Source: Fidelibacterota bacterium (GTDB taxonomy: Bacteria > Fidelibacterota > Marinisomatia > Marinisomatales > JABMOV01). Taken from it: 16,998 bases of DNA. This document shows, piece after piece, positions 8,748 to 16,998 of this stretch. Positions within the stretch are counted from its first letter, which is position 1; each line of letters begins with the position of its first letter. The notes under the pieces are model-generated. The model made no database searches and was not told the DNA's origin. It saw nothing but the letters and a program-made list of their open reading frames with translations. The translations under genes and the position numbers were made by a program. The stretch is taken from NCBI GenBank assembly GCA_046861395.1, contig JBHHUC010000046.1:1-16998 (forward strand), in the 5' to 3' direction.

Positions 8748-10115
8748 CTACTTGGTTTGAATGCTCCGGCGCAACCGGGCAACCGGGATCTGTAATTGTT
8801 CGCGGTATTTCGCGATGGTTCGCCGGGCAATCGGATACCCCTTTTCTTTCAGAGCCTGTGCTAATTTTTCATCGTTCAAGGGCTTGGACTTGTCTTCATG
8901 GTCAATGATGTCCTTCAGGGCCAGTTTTATTTCATTGGTACTTACCATACTCCCGTCATCGCGGGCCATGCCTTCGGTAAAAAATGATTTCAATTCAAAA
9001 ACACCATAGATGGTATCCACGTACTTGCCGCGGGTGGAACGGCTGATGGTGGAAATATCCATGCCAATATCATCTGCAATATCCTGGAGCTTCATGGGAT
9101 TCAGATGAGACAAGTTCCCCCTGAAAAATTCTTTTTGCCGGTTGATGATGGACCGGGTGACGGCTTTCATTGTTTCGCGCCGTTGTTCAATGGCCTGAAT
9201 GAACCAGTGTCCCGAATCAATTTTCTTGCGTAAATAGTTTCTGGCATCAGAATTCAACCCGGCCTTGGCATCCATCATGGACAGATAATCATTATTAATT
9301 CTCAGCTCCGGCAATCCGCCGTCATTAACCTGGATGATGAATTCTCCGTTCTGTTCCCGTACAATTACATCGGGAATGACCGTTTCATCCTTGGCCAAAG
9401 ATGTATTTTCCCCGGGCTGGGGATTCAATTGCGAAATGATGCGGATGGCGTCCGATAATTCTTCCGATGTTATACCGCATTTGGCTTGCACCGCTTCGAA
9501 CCGGTGGTTGGCGAAATCATCGAAACAATCACGAATGATACGATAGGCCACCGAATCCGGATCATGATCCAATTGTACCAACAAACATTCCCGTAGATCT
9601 CTCGCTGCTACGCCCACCGGATCAAAATGTTGCACTTCTTTTAAAATATACAGAATCTCATCTTCTGTCTTACCCACGCGATCCGCGATGAGAACCATTT
9701 CCGTGCCCAGATAGCCGCGATCATCAAGATTCCAAAGAATCTCTTCCGCTATCCGCCGTTCATCTTCATTGAAATTCGTATCATCCAGCTGTTTCACCAG
9801 TGTTTCGATAAAATCTTCCCGCGCTACCAGGGGTGCTTCATAATCATTATTGTCGGACTTGCTATATATATTGGGCGGTTCATATTCATCACCATCATCA
9901 GGAATATCGACGTCGGTGTCCTTTTCGTTGCTGTCTGTGTCCGGGGATAATTCCGGGGTTTCCGCTGAATCGGCCGGTTCCAGAACCGGATTGGTTTCCA
10001 GTTCATCCAGAATCCGCTGTTCCAGGTTAATCGTATTTAATTGCAGTAAGGTGGCCTGCAGGATTTGCTGCGGGGCCAGGATTTGCTTTTGGGCTAATAC
10101 CTGTTCCAGTCTCAT
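8748..10115 (-). CDS. rpoN: RNA polymerase sigma-54 factor
   Basis: Gln/Leu-rich region I, ELETNPVLE, DPVGVAARDLRECL, HTH DISTISR, RpoN box ARRTIAKYRE. Confidence 0.97.
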   Translation of the reverse strand: MRLEQVLAQKQILAPQQILQATLLQLNTINLEQRILDELETNPVLEPADSAETPELSPDTDSNEKDTDVDIPDDGDEYEPPNIYSKSDNNDYEAPLVAREDFIETLVKQLDDTNFNEDERRIAEEILWNLDDRGYLGTEMVLIADRVGKTEDEILYILKEVQHFDPVGVAARDLRECLLVQLDHDPDSVAYRIIRDCFDDFANHRFEAVQAKCGITSEELSDAIRIISQLNPQPGENTSLAKDETVIPDVIVREQNGEFIIQVNDGGLPELRINNDYLSMMDAKAGLNSDARNYLRKKIDSGHWFIQAIEQRRETMKAVTRSIINRQKEFFRGNLSHLNPMKLQDIADDIGMDISTISRSTRGKYVDTIYGVFELKSFFTEGMARDDGSMVSTNEIKLALKDIIDHEDKSKPLNDEKLAQALKEKGYPIARRTIAKYREQLQIPVARLRRSIQTK

Positions 10116-10118
10116 GGC

Positions 10119-10859
10119 TCAGTCCAGACGGAATCGTTCCCCCAGATAAAGACGCCGAGCTTCCGGATCGGAGGCCAGGGATTCTGACGTGCCGGAAAGA
10201 AGAATCCGGCCATCGAACAATAGATAGGAGCGATCAGTAATGGACAATGTTTCCCGGACGTTATGATCCGTAATCAATACACCGATCTGCCGGTCCTTCA
10301 GGGAGGAGACAATGGATTGAATATCCTCCACAGCAATGGGATCCACCCCGGCAAACGGTTCATCCAGTAAAATAAAGTCCGGGTCCATGGCCAGACAGCG
10401 ACAGATTTCCACCCGACGTCTTTCACCCCCTGACAGATTGTTGCCTTTGTTTTTCCGTATATGTTGGATGGAGAGATCCTCCAGTAATTGTTCGATTTTC
10501 TCCCATTGTTCCTTTGCTGTCAGGTTTGTCATTTCCAGAACCAGTTTCAGATTCTCCTCCACTGTCAATTTTCCGAAAATGGATGGTTCCTGGGACAGGT
10601 AACCGATACCTTTCCGCGCCCGGCGATACATGGCATCACGGGAAATATCCTCATCGTCCAGATAAATGTGTCCCCGGGTCGGCCGGATCATCCCGGTAAT
10701 CATATAGAATGTTGTTGTCTTCCCCGCTCCGTTGGGTCCCAGCAACCCCACGATTTCTCCCTTTTCCACTTTCAGGTTCACATCACGAACGACCATTCGT
10801 TTGCCATATTTTTTATGCAGACCGGCAGCACGCAGGATGGAATGACTAATTTGTTTCAC
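10119..10859 (-). CDS. lptB: LPS export ABC transporter ATP-binding protein
   Basis: GPNGAGKTTTFYM, LSGGERRRVEI, LLDEPFAGVDP, ITDHNVRETL and YLGERF; GTG start. Confidence 0.97.
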   Translation of the reverse strand: MKQISHSILRAAGLHKKYGKRMVVRDVNLKVEKGEIVGLLGPNGAGKTTTFYMITGMIRPTRGHIYLDDEDISRDAMYRRARKGIGYLSQEPSIFGKLTVEENLKLVLEMTNLTAKEQWEKIEQLLEDLSIQHIRKNKGNNLSGGERRRVEICRCLAMDPDFILLDEPFAGVDPIAVEDIQSIVSSLKDRQIGVLITDHNVRETLSITDRSYLLFDGRILLSGTSESLASDPEARRLYLGERFRLD

Positions 10860-11397
10860 GGGTCGTTACTCCTGAGGGTTTCAGTATTGTCCAGGACTCC
10901 ATTTCCAGATCGGATTCAAATCCCACACCATACAGGGTGTCGTGTTGTGTGGTGGTTATCATGACAGAGTCATCGGTAAAAATCAGACCGGAATTATGAT
11001 CCAGGGACAGGGTGTCACTGAAGAGCGTGATGCCGCTGTCAGATATCACGGTTACTTGTCCGAAGGCTTGCATGAAATTTGATGTTTCCTCCACTTCGGC
11101 CGATTCCGATAATAATAGGGATGTGTGTTTTTCTCTTTCATCAAAAAAATCGACATGAACATTCCCATCCAGTTGGGCATACTGACGGTCGTTGTATTTC
11201 TGGAGATGATCGGCCTTAACCACGGCCCGGATTTTCCCCTGCTCTGTAAAAGTTAGTGTCACTACCCAACTCTCCATATCCGGCTTCCCTTTCCGACTTT
11301 CTCCGGTCAAGGGTGATTCCTGGTGTGTACATGCCGTCCATATCAGGAATAAGGACAAGAATCGGACCACCCGTCCTCGTCTGCCAATCTTCATCAT
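10846..11397 (-). CDS. lptC: LPS export periplasmic protein LptC (lipoprotein-type signal)
   Basis: Position between kdsC and lptB. Beta-jellyroll motifs VHVDFFD, AFGQVTVIS, LFSDTL, IFTDDSVMI and LYGVGFESD. Hydrophobic stretch ends WTA-C. Confidence 0.88.
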   Translation of the reverse strand: MMKIGRRGRVVRFLSLFLIWTACTHQESPLTGESRKGKPDMESWVVTLTFTEQGKIRAVVKADHLQKYNDRQYAQLDGNVHVDFFDEREKHTSLLLSESAEVEETSNFMQAFGQVTVISDSGITLFSDTLSLDHNSGLIFTDDSVMITTTQHDTLYGVGFESDLEMESWTILKPSGVTTRETN

Positions 11398-11951
11398 GTA
11401 TTCGTGTGCTGATCCAATTGTTGCCGTAATGTTTCCAGGACAGTTTCATAGCGGCCCTGGCCCTTCAATATCCAATCTACCGCTTCCCGGAAGGCACCGG
11501 AACCACCACATTTTTCCGTAACATGGACGGCCGCTTCCTGAACCAAAGGATAGGCGTTCTGTACCGAAATGGGAACGCCGCTCCGGGCCATGACCGCCAG
11601 GTCGATGATCCCGTCACCAATGTATGCCACTTCGTCATCATGGAGATGGTATTTTTCTAGAAGGGCCTGGTAGGGAAGCATTTTATTTAGTGTGCCGTTA
11701 TAGACATCTTCGATCTGCAACTCCCTGGCGCGGGCCTCGGTGGCTGCACTGTAACGTCCAGAAATCAAGGCAATATTCAGACCGGCGGCGCGGGCTATGG
11801 CCACACCGGCACCGTCCTCCACGGAAAAGCGTTTGAATTCTACGCCGTCACCCCCCTTAAATATTGAGCCATCCGTCAGGACACCATCAACGTCCGATAT
11901 AATCATTTTAATCTTGACCAGGCGGGCGCGCAATTCAGGTGGATATTCCAC
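11394..11951 (-). CDS. kdsC: KDO-8-phosphate phosphatase (HAD family)
   Basis: DVDGVLTDG, F.VEDG, ISGR, YIGDGIID and GGSGAFRE; GTG start. Confidence 0.92.
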   Translation of the reverse strand: MEYPPELRARLVKIKMIISDVDGVLTDGSIFKGGDGVEFKRFSVEDGAGVAIARAAGLNIALISGRYSAATEARARELQIEDVYNGTLNKMLPYQALLEKYHLHDDEVAYIGDGIIDLAVMARSGVPISVQNAYPLVQEAAVHVTEKCGGSGAFREAVDWILKGQGRYETVLETLRQQLDQHTNT

Positions 11952-12756
11952 GAATGGCCTCCCGCACTTTCATCACATCACGCAACAAGGATTCCAGTTT
12001 ATCCAGCGGCCATTGGGTTGCTGCATCGGACAGGGCTTGTTCCGGGTAATTATGGATTTCCAGGAATAAACCGTCACAACCGGCTGCAACCGCCGCACGC
12101 ACCATGGTGGGAATGTGAGACCTCTCTCCTCCGGTAGTGGAGGATCCCTGTCCGGGGACCTGGGCACTATGCGTCCCGTCAAAGATGACGGGACAACCCG
12201 TGGTCTGCATCATGGGGATGGCTCTGACATCAAACACCAGACTGTCATAGCCGAAAGTTGTGCCGCGTTCCGTAAGTAGAATGATTTCCGTCCCAGCGGT
12301 TTCCAGTTTTTTCACTACCGGCCCCATCTTGCCGGGACTGACGAACTGCCCCCGTTTAACATTCACCGGTTTACCCGTTTTACCCGCCGCCAGGAGTAAG
12401 TCGGTTTGCCGGCATAAGAAGGCCGGGATCTGGATGATATCTACCACCTCGGCGGTCGCTTCAGCCTGGTGAGGAAGATGAATATCCGTGAGAACAGGAA
12501 CACCGATTTCCCGGTGGATACGGGCCAGGATATTCAATCCCTGCTTCAAACCGGGACCGCGATATGATTCCACTGATGTCCGGTTCGCCTTGTCGAAGGA
12601 TGATTTAAAGATGAATGGTAAACCCACCGCGGCCGCAATATCACGGATGGCGGCCGCCATCATGAGGGCGTGATCTTCATTTTCAATCACACAGGGTCCG
12701 GCGATGAGAGGAAGACTGTCTCCCCCGAAAATGACGGGATCAAATTGTTCAGGCAT
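11935..12756 (-). CDS. kdsA: KDO-8-phosphate synthase (metal-dependent type)
   Basis: IAGPCVIE (Cys metal ligand), FDKANRTS, QIPAFLCRQTDLL, ERG, DGTHS, FLEIH and SDA. Confidence 0.97.
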   Translation of the reverse strand: MPEQFDPVIFGGDSLPLIAGPCVIENEDHALMMAAAIRDIAAAVGLPFIFKSSFDKANRTSVESYRGPGLKQGLNILARIHREIGVPVLTDIHLPHQAEATAEVVDIIQIPAFLCRQTDLLLAAGKTGKPVNVKRGQFVSPGKMGPVVKKLETAGTEIILLTERGTTFGYDSLVFDVRAIPMMQTTGCPVIFDGTHSAQVPGQGSSTTGGERSHIPTMVRAAVAAGCDGLFLEIHNYPEQALSDAATQWPLDKLESLLRDVMKVREAIRGIST

Positions 12757-12852
12757 GATTTTTGCAATTTTTCATGACTGGTGAAGATACTATATTAAAT
12801 CATATGGGGAAAAGATTCTTTTGTTTGTCACTACGAAAAAGCAGGCCTGATA

Positions 12853-13260
12853 TCAGAATTTTTCCAGTCGGATTAATTCAATAGTGAAATAGAGTGTTGC
12901 CTCCGGTGGTATTTTATCCCCAAACCCTTCCGCACCATATCCCAGTGCCGGCGGTACGACCAAGTCACGCTTTCCCCCCACTTTCATTCCTTCCAGACCC
13001 TGTTCCCACCCCTCAATCATCCAGCCCGCACCCAGGGTAAAATCAAAGGGCTGCCGCGATTGATCGAAAATGGTTCCATCCTTCAGTTTTCCCACATATT
13101 TCACAGTAAGAATATCCATGGCATCGGCTGCTTCACCCTCCCCGATCACCTGGTCCGTGATTATAAGGCCGTTGGCTAATTCCGTGGTCTGGGCTTTCCG
13201 GCTGCAGCCCGGAAGCACCATCAACGCTCCTAAAATGAGGACTATTTTTATCCTACGCAT
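12853..13260 (-). CDS. FKBP-type peptidyl-prolyl cis-trans isomerase, lipoprotein
   Basis: Start moved to the ATG at 13260 (SD AGGAG). MRRIKIVLILGALMVLPG-C lipobox. YVGKLKDGTIFD, IEGWEQGLEGMKVGGKR, PPALGYG and IPPEATL. Confidence 0.93.
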   Translation of the reverse strand: MRRIKIVLILGALMVLPGCSRKAQTTELANGLIITDQVIGEGEAADAMDILTVKYVGKLKDGTIFDQSRQPFDFTLGAGWMIEGWEQGLEGMKVGGKRDLVVPPALGYGAEGFGDKIPPEATLYFTIELIRLEKF

Positions 13261-13334
13261 GATATCTCCTGTGACCATTGGTTTTCGGGGAAAAAACAGG
13301 GTAATTTTGCAAAATAATATGACACTGAAACAGC

Positions 13335-14639
13335 ATGTCCAATCCCAGATTCCTGTTTGATCAGCAATTACCGCCCCTGGCAGACCGCGTCCGGCCCAAA
13401 ACCATCGCAGATTTCGTCGGTCAATCCCACCTGCTGGGACAGGGAAAAATATTATCCCGCATCGCCCAAACAAAATCTCTTTTTTCATTAATTCTTTGGG
13501 GGCCGCCAGGATCGGGAAAAACATCTCTGGCCCGCATTTTATCACAGACTACGGATGCAACGATGGTCGAGCTGTCGGCCGTCAGTAGCGGTGTGCGCGA
13601 CCTGAGAAAAGTCATAGAACAGGGCAGAACCGGGCGGGAAATGGGAAAACGTACCATTTTGTTCATTGACGAAATTCATCGGTTCAGCAAAGCTCAGCAG
13701 GATGCCCTCCTCCATGCCGTCGAAGAAGGGGATATTACTCTCATTGGCGCAACGACGGAAAATCCATCCTTTGAAATTATTAACCCCCTTCTCTCCCGCT
13801 GCCGGGTACTGGTGCTAAGAGCCCTTAGCACTACCCAACTCAACCGGATACTGGACCACGCCTTTACTGTGGATATTAAACTTTCCGCAGGACGAATTTC
13901 ACTTCCCGATCCAGTCCGGCAGCACCTTCTATCCGCCAGTGGTGGTGATGCCCGGAAAATGCTGAATACCCTGGATATCTGTCTGCATCTGGTTGGCGCT
14001 GACGGTGTTATTTCACTTGACATTCTGAATGAAGCACTCCAGCAGAATCCTCTGCTCTATGACAAGAGCGGAGATTATCATTACGATGCCATCAGTGCCT
14101 TCATTAAAGCGGTGCGCGGCAGCGATCCCGATGCCGCCGTTTATTGGTTGGTGGTAATGCTGGAAGGCGGTGAAAAGCCCGAATTCATTGCCCGGCGCCT
14201 GGTCATTCAGGCGGCGGAAGATGTGGGTAACGCGGATCCCAACGCCTTACCGCTGGCCTCGGCCGGTTTCCAGGCCGTCCATCAGATCGGTATGCCGGAA
14301 AGTGCAATTATTTTGTCCCAGGTGACGACCTATCTGGCGGCAGCACCAAAATCCAATGCGGCCTATATGGCCTTGAAAGCGGCTCAAAAAGTCGTCACTG
14401 CAAATAAAACGCCGACCGTCCCGGTACACCTGCGCAATGCTCCCACCGACCTGATGAAACAGCAGGGGTTCGGAAAGGATTATGTCTATCCCCATGATCA
14501 TCCAGATCATTTTATCCGGGCCAATTATTTTCCGGATGGAGTGACCGGGGGCTATTACATGCCGTCACGGATGGGATATGAAGCCTTTATTCGCAAACGC
14601 CTAGCGGCTTTATGGCAGGATCGTTACTCTGAAGAATAA
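13335..14639 (+). CDS. rarA: Replication-associated recombination protein A (MgsA/RarA AAA+ ATPase)
   Basis: PLADRVRP, GPPGSGKT, DEIHRFSKAQQD, GATTENPSF, SAFIKAVRGSDPDAA, EDVGNADP, HLRNAPT and YPHD. Confidence 0.96.
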   Translation: MSNPRFLFDQQLPPLADRVRPKTIADFVGQSHLLGQGKILSRIAQTKSLFSLILWGPPGSGKTSLARILSQTTDATMVELSAVSSGVRDLRKVIEQGRTGREMGKRTILFIDEIHRFSKAQQDALLHAVEEGDITLIGATTENPSFEIINPLLSRCRVLVLRALSTTQLNRILDHAFTVDIKLSAGRISLPDPVRQHLLSASGGDARKMLNTLDICLHLVGADGVISLDILNEALQQNPLLYDKSGDYHYDAISAFIKAVRGSDPDAAVYWLVVMLEGGEKPEFIARRLVIQAAEDVGNADPNALPLASAGFQAVHQIGMPESAIILSQVTTYLAAAPKSNAAYMALKAAQKVVTANKTPTVPVHLRNAPTDLMKQQGFGKDYVYPHDHPDHFIRANYFPDGVTGGYYMPSRMGYEAFIRKRLAALWQDRYSEE

Positions 14640-16998
14640 TTTTCCTTTCCTCATGGTTCTTCTGATCCCGGTCTGCAGTCTGTTCGCCCAGGATAAGCGG
14701 TTACATTTACAGCAGGCCGATGTGTTAAGAAACATAACCGTTGCTGGAAAACCGTTGCAGATCCTCACCGGGAATGTCACGTTTACAAAAGAAACCATGA
14801 CACTGACCTGCGACCGGGCCCGTTGGTCCGATCGGGACCATGAAGGGACCCTGGCGGGAAATGTGATCGTCACTAAAGATGATCGTACCTTGGTCTGCGA
14901 TTCCCTTTTTTACCAGTCCGATCAGGATATTATCAAAACTTTCGGGAATACTCATATCTGGGATTCCGATTATGATCTAGTCTCCGATTCCCTGCTCTTT
15001 TATTCCAGTCTTGACAGCGGCGTTGCCCTGGGACATGCCCACCTGCTGCAGAAAGAACAGGATATCCGGGCCATGAAAATGATCTATGTCAAACATCCTG
15101 GTGAAGATGCTGTCTCCTACACGGCCCGGGACAGTGTGACCATCATCGAAACGGAATCGGGCCGGAAAGCCCTCTGTGGGCAAGCCGTTTATGACCGTAC
15201 CCGGGAAACGACTACACTCTATGATCAGCCGGAAATGCGCGATGGGGAACGGACCCTGACGGGTTCTGTAATTCAGTTGGTTTACCGGGATGAAGTGTTG
15301 ACCTATTTGTATATTCCCGGTGAGGCCCAGGCCTCGTCGAAAAGCAGCGGTTACCGGAATATAACCGGTGAGGATTCCCTAACCGCCAAGGTACCGGTGC
15401 GAATGACAGATGACATGTCCGGTCGTATCCTGAAAGGGTTTTTCACAGCCGGCGATTTGGATTCAATCCGTCTGGAAGGTATGGCGCAAACTTTGTATCA
15501 TATTTTTGAGGATTCCGTGTATTCGGGCCGGAACTTGGCCTCCGGAGATACGATCAGCATGGGATTTGAAAACCAGGAACTGGTTCGCATTCACATTACC
15601 GGGGGCGCCCGGGGGCTTTATACACCCGACACCACTGATTCCGAATTGTCGGAGCCCATCCAATATGAGGCGGAAGAAATTGTTTACGAAATCAAGGCCG
15701 GAACCAGTGAATTAATCCGTCATGCCATCATTAACCAGGATGTTACCCGACTCTCCGCCGGATTCATCAGCATCAACTGGGACAATAATTTGCTCTATGC
15801 CTGGCCCAGATTGGCCCGTGACAGTCTGACCACACCGGAAACGCCTACCATCCTGGAACGGGGAAAGGATCCCATGTCCGGTGATATGATGGTCTATAAC
15901 CTGAAAACACGAAAGGGCCGGGTTACGGAAGGACGGACCAAAGCAGCGGACGGATATTATCAGGGGCGGGAAATCCGGAATGACGGAACCAAGGTCTTTT
16001 ATATACGCAACAGTATCTATACCACCTGTGACCTGGATGATCCGCATTTTGACTTCACTGGGACACGCATGAAAATGATTCATAACGACAAGGTCATATC
16101 CCGACCACTGATTTTCGAAATCCACCATATTCCCCTGTTTGGTTTACCGTTTATCATACTGCCGCACCAGGGCGGACGCCGCCATTCCGGCTGGATCATG
16201 CCGACCTACGGAGACAATAAAAACCGGGGACAATACATCGACGGAGCCGGCTATTACTGGGCCGTGAATGATTATTGGGATATTACCACAAAATTCGGGT
16301 TTGCCGATAAACAGGGCTTCCGATTGCGGAATAATATCCGATATAAGAAACGATACCGTTTCAATGGCAATCTGCATCTGGAGGGGAAATGGCTACTCAC
16401 GGCGGGCCAGAATGATATTGTAACGCTGAAAAAGAATATGCAGCGGGATATTGTTTTCAAATGGAAACACTCCCATACCCTGCGTCGTAATCAGACCTTC
16501 CGGGCCAATGTGAGCTACTATTCCAATGGTGCCTATAATTACCAGACTGGAATTGACCAACAGGAACGATTGAGCCAGAAGGCCGTTTCCAATATCACCT
16601 ACAGCAAACGATGGAAAAAATCGGGAAATTCGTTTTCCCTGAACCTGTCATCCAATCAGGATTTGATGGTCGACCAGAAAATCGATCCCCTGAACCTCTT
16701 TTACGTAGCCCCGACCCGGGCCGGAACGCAATTAACCATCAATTCGATGGCTTTACCCAATGCAACGTTCCGCCTGGGATCTAAGAATCTGTTGAAACCG
16801 CTGAAATTCCTGGGTCGGTGGACTGAAAATATCACCACGAGTTATTCCACTTCACTCAAGCGAACCGTGAAAACGTATTATAAATCTAAAGGCTTGTTGC
16901 AACCGGACAGTTCCATCGTCTATGACTGGATTCGTTCGGCCAACGGCGACGGAAAGCCATTTTCCGATGAATCGGCCGGGATTACACATACCTATGCC
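14629..16998 (+). CDS. lptD: LPS assembly protein LptD with a long N-terminal LptA/OstA-like extension (partial; runs off the right edge)
   Basis: Translated by hand: frame +1 has no stop from 14629 (CTG) or 14653 (ATG) to 16998. Signal peptide ends CSLFA-QD. LptD motifs: PIQYEAEEIVY, LSAGFISINW, YNLKTRKG, YTTCDLDDPHF, LPFIILP, RHSGWIMPTYG, GYYWAVNDYWD and RYKKRYRFNG. Missing from the ORF track because it has no stop in the window. Confidence 0.9.
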   Translation, partial: MKNNFPFLMVLLIPVCSLFAQDKRLHLQQADVLRNITVAGKPLQILTGNVTFTKETMTLTCDRARWSDRDHEGTLAGNVIVTKDDRTLVCDSLFYQSDQDIIKTFGNTHIWDSDYDLVSDSLLFYSSLDSGVALGHAHLLQKEQDIRAMKMIYVKHPGEDAVSYTARDSVTIIETESGRKALCGQAVYDRTRETTTLYDQPEMRDGERTLTGSVIQLVYRDEVLTYLYIPGEAQASSKSSGYRNITGEDSLTAKVPVRMTDDMSGRILKGFFTAGDLDSIRLEGMAQTLYHIFEDSVYSGRNLASGDTISMGFENQELVRIHITGGARGLYTPDTTDSELSEPIQYEAEEIVYEIKAGTSELIRHAIINQDVTRLSAGFISINWDNNLLYAWPRLARDSLTTPETPTILERGKDPMSGDMMVYNLKTRKGRVTEGRTKAADGYYQGREIRNDGTKVFYIRNSIYTTCDLDDPHFDFTGTRMKMIHNDKVISRPLIFEIHHIPLFGLPFIILPHQGGRRHSGWIMPTYGDNKNRGQYIDGAGYYWAVNDYWDITTKFGFADKQGFRLRNNIRYKKRYRFNGNLHLEGKWLLTAGQNDIVTLKKNMQRDIVFKWKHSHTLRRNQTFRANVSYYSNGAYNYQTGIDQQERLSQKAVSNITYSKRWKKSGNSFSLNLSSNQDLMVDQKIDPLNLFYVAPTRAGTQLTINSMALPNATFRLGSKNLLKPLKFLGRWTENITTSYSTSLKRTVKTYYKSKGLLQPDSSIVYDWIRSANGDGKPFSDESAGITHTYA

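Noticed and set aside
8735..8830. N-terminal extension on hflK
   Set aside because: Lies inside the 3' end of rpoN. The ATG at 8734 has a good SD.
11365..11397. Twin-arginine (Tat) signal in LptC (GRRGR)
   Set aside because: Does not fit the S/T-R-R-x-F-L-K consensus; a Sec lipoprotein signal explains it better.
13297..13312. Possible sigma-54 promoter (TTGC) upstream of rarA
   Set aside because: The GG dinucleotides are 7-8 nt from the GC, not the 10 nt required for -24/-12 spacing.
13261..13545. 95-aa N-terminal extension on the FKBP ORF
   Set aside because: Overlaps rarA on the opposite strand. The ATG at 13260 has an AGGAG SD and begins a proper lipoprotein signal.

Overview
Bacterial chromosomal window. 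Gene content, gene order and protein style suggest a diderm of the FCB group, possibly Marinimicrobia-like (inference only). Positions 1-~1300 are visibly AT-rich and hold the head of an integron-type cassette array on the minus strand: an attI-like site near 1063, a 699-bp cassette encoding a secreted or outer-membrane-like protein, a 132-bp attC site (358-489), and the start of a second cassette with a truncated gene followed by another gene that runs off the window. No integrase lies next to the array. The rest is core envelope and housekeeping DNA: lpxH, a HEAT-repeat lipoprotein and an unknown secreted protein (+); a tightly coupled minus-strand run kdsA-kdsC-lptC-lptB-rpoN-hflK-hflC-hslV-hslU-argF; an FKBP lipoprotein; rarA; and an ORF of at least 782 codons (from ~14629/14653 to the window end) that the supplied ORF track missed. 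The most notable signal is that lptA is absent from its usual slot between lptC and lptB, while this missed ORF appears to be a full LptA/OstA-like beta-jellyroll protein fused in frame to LptD, i.e. a candidate single-chain LPS bridge plus translocon.
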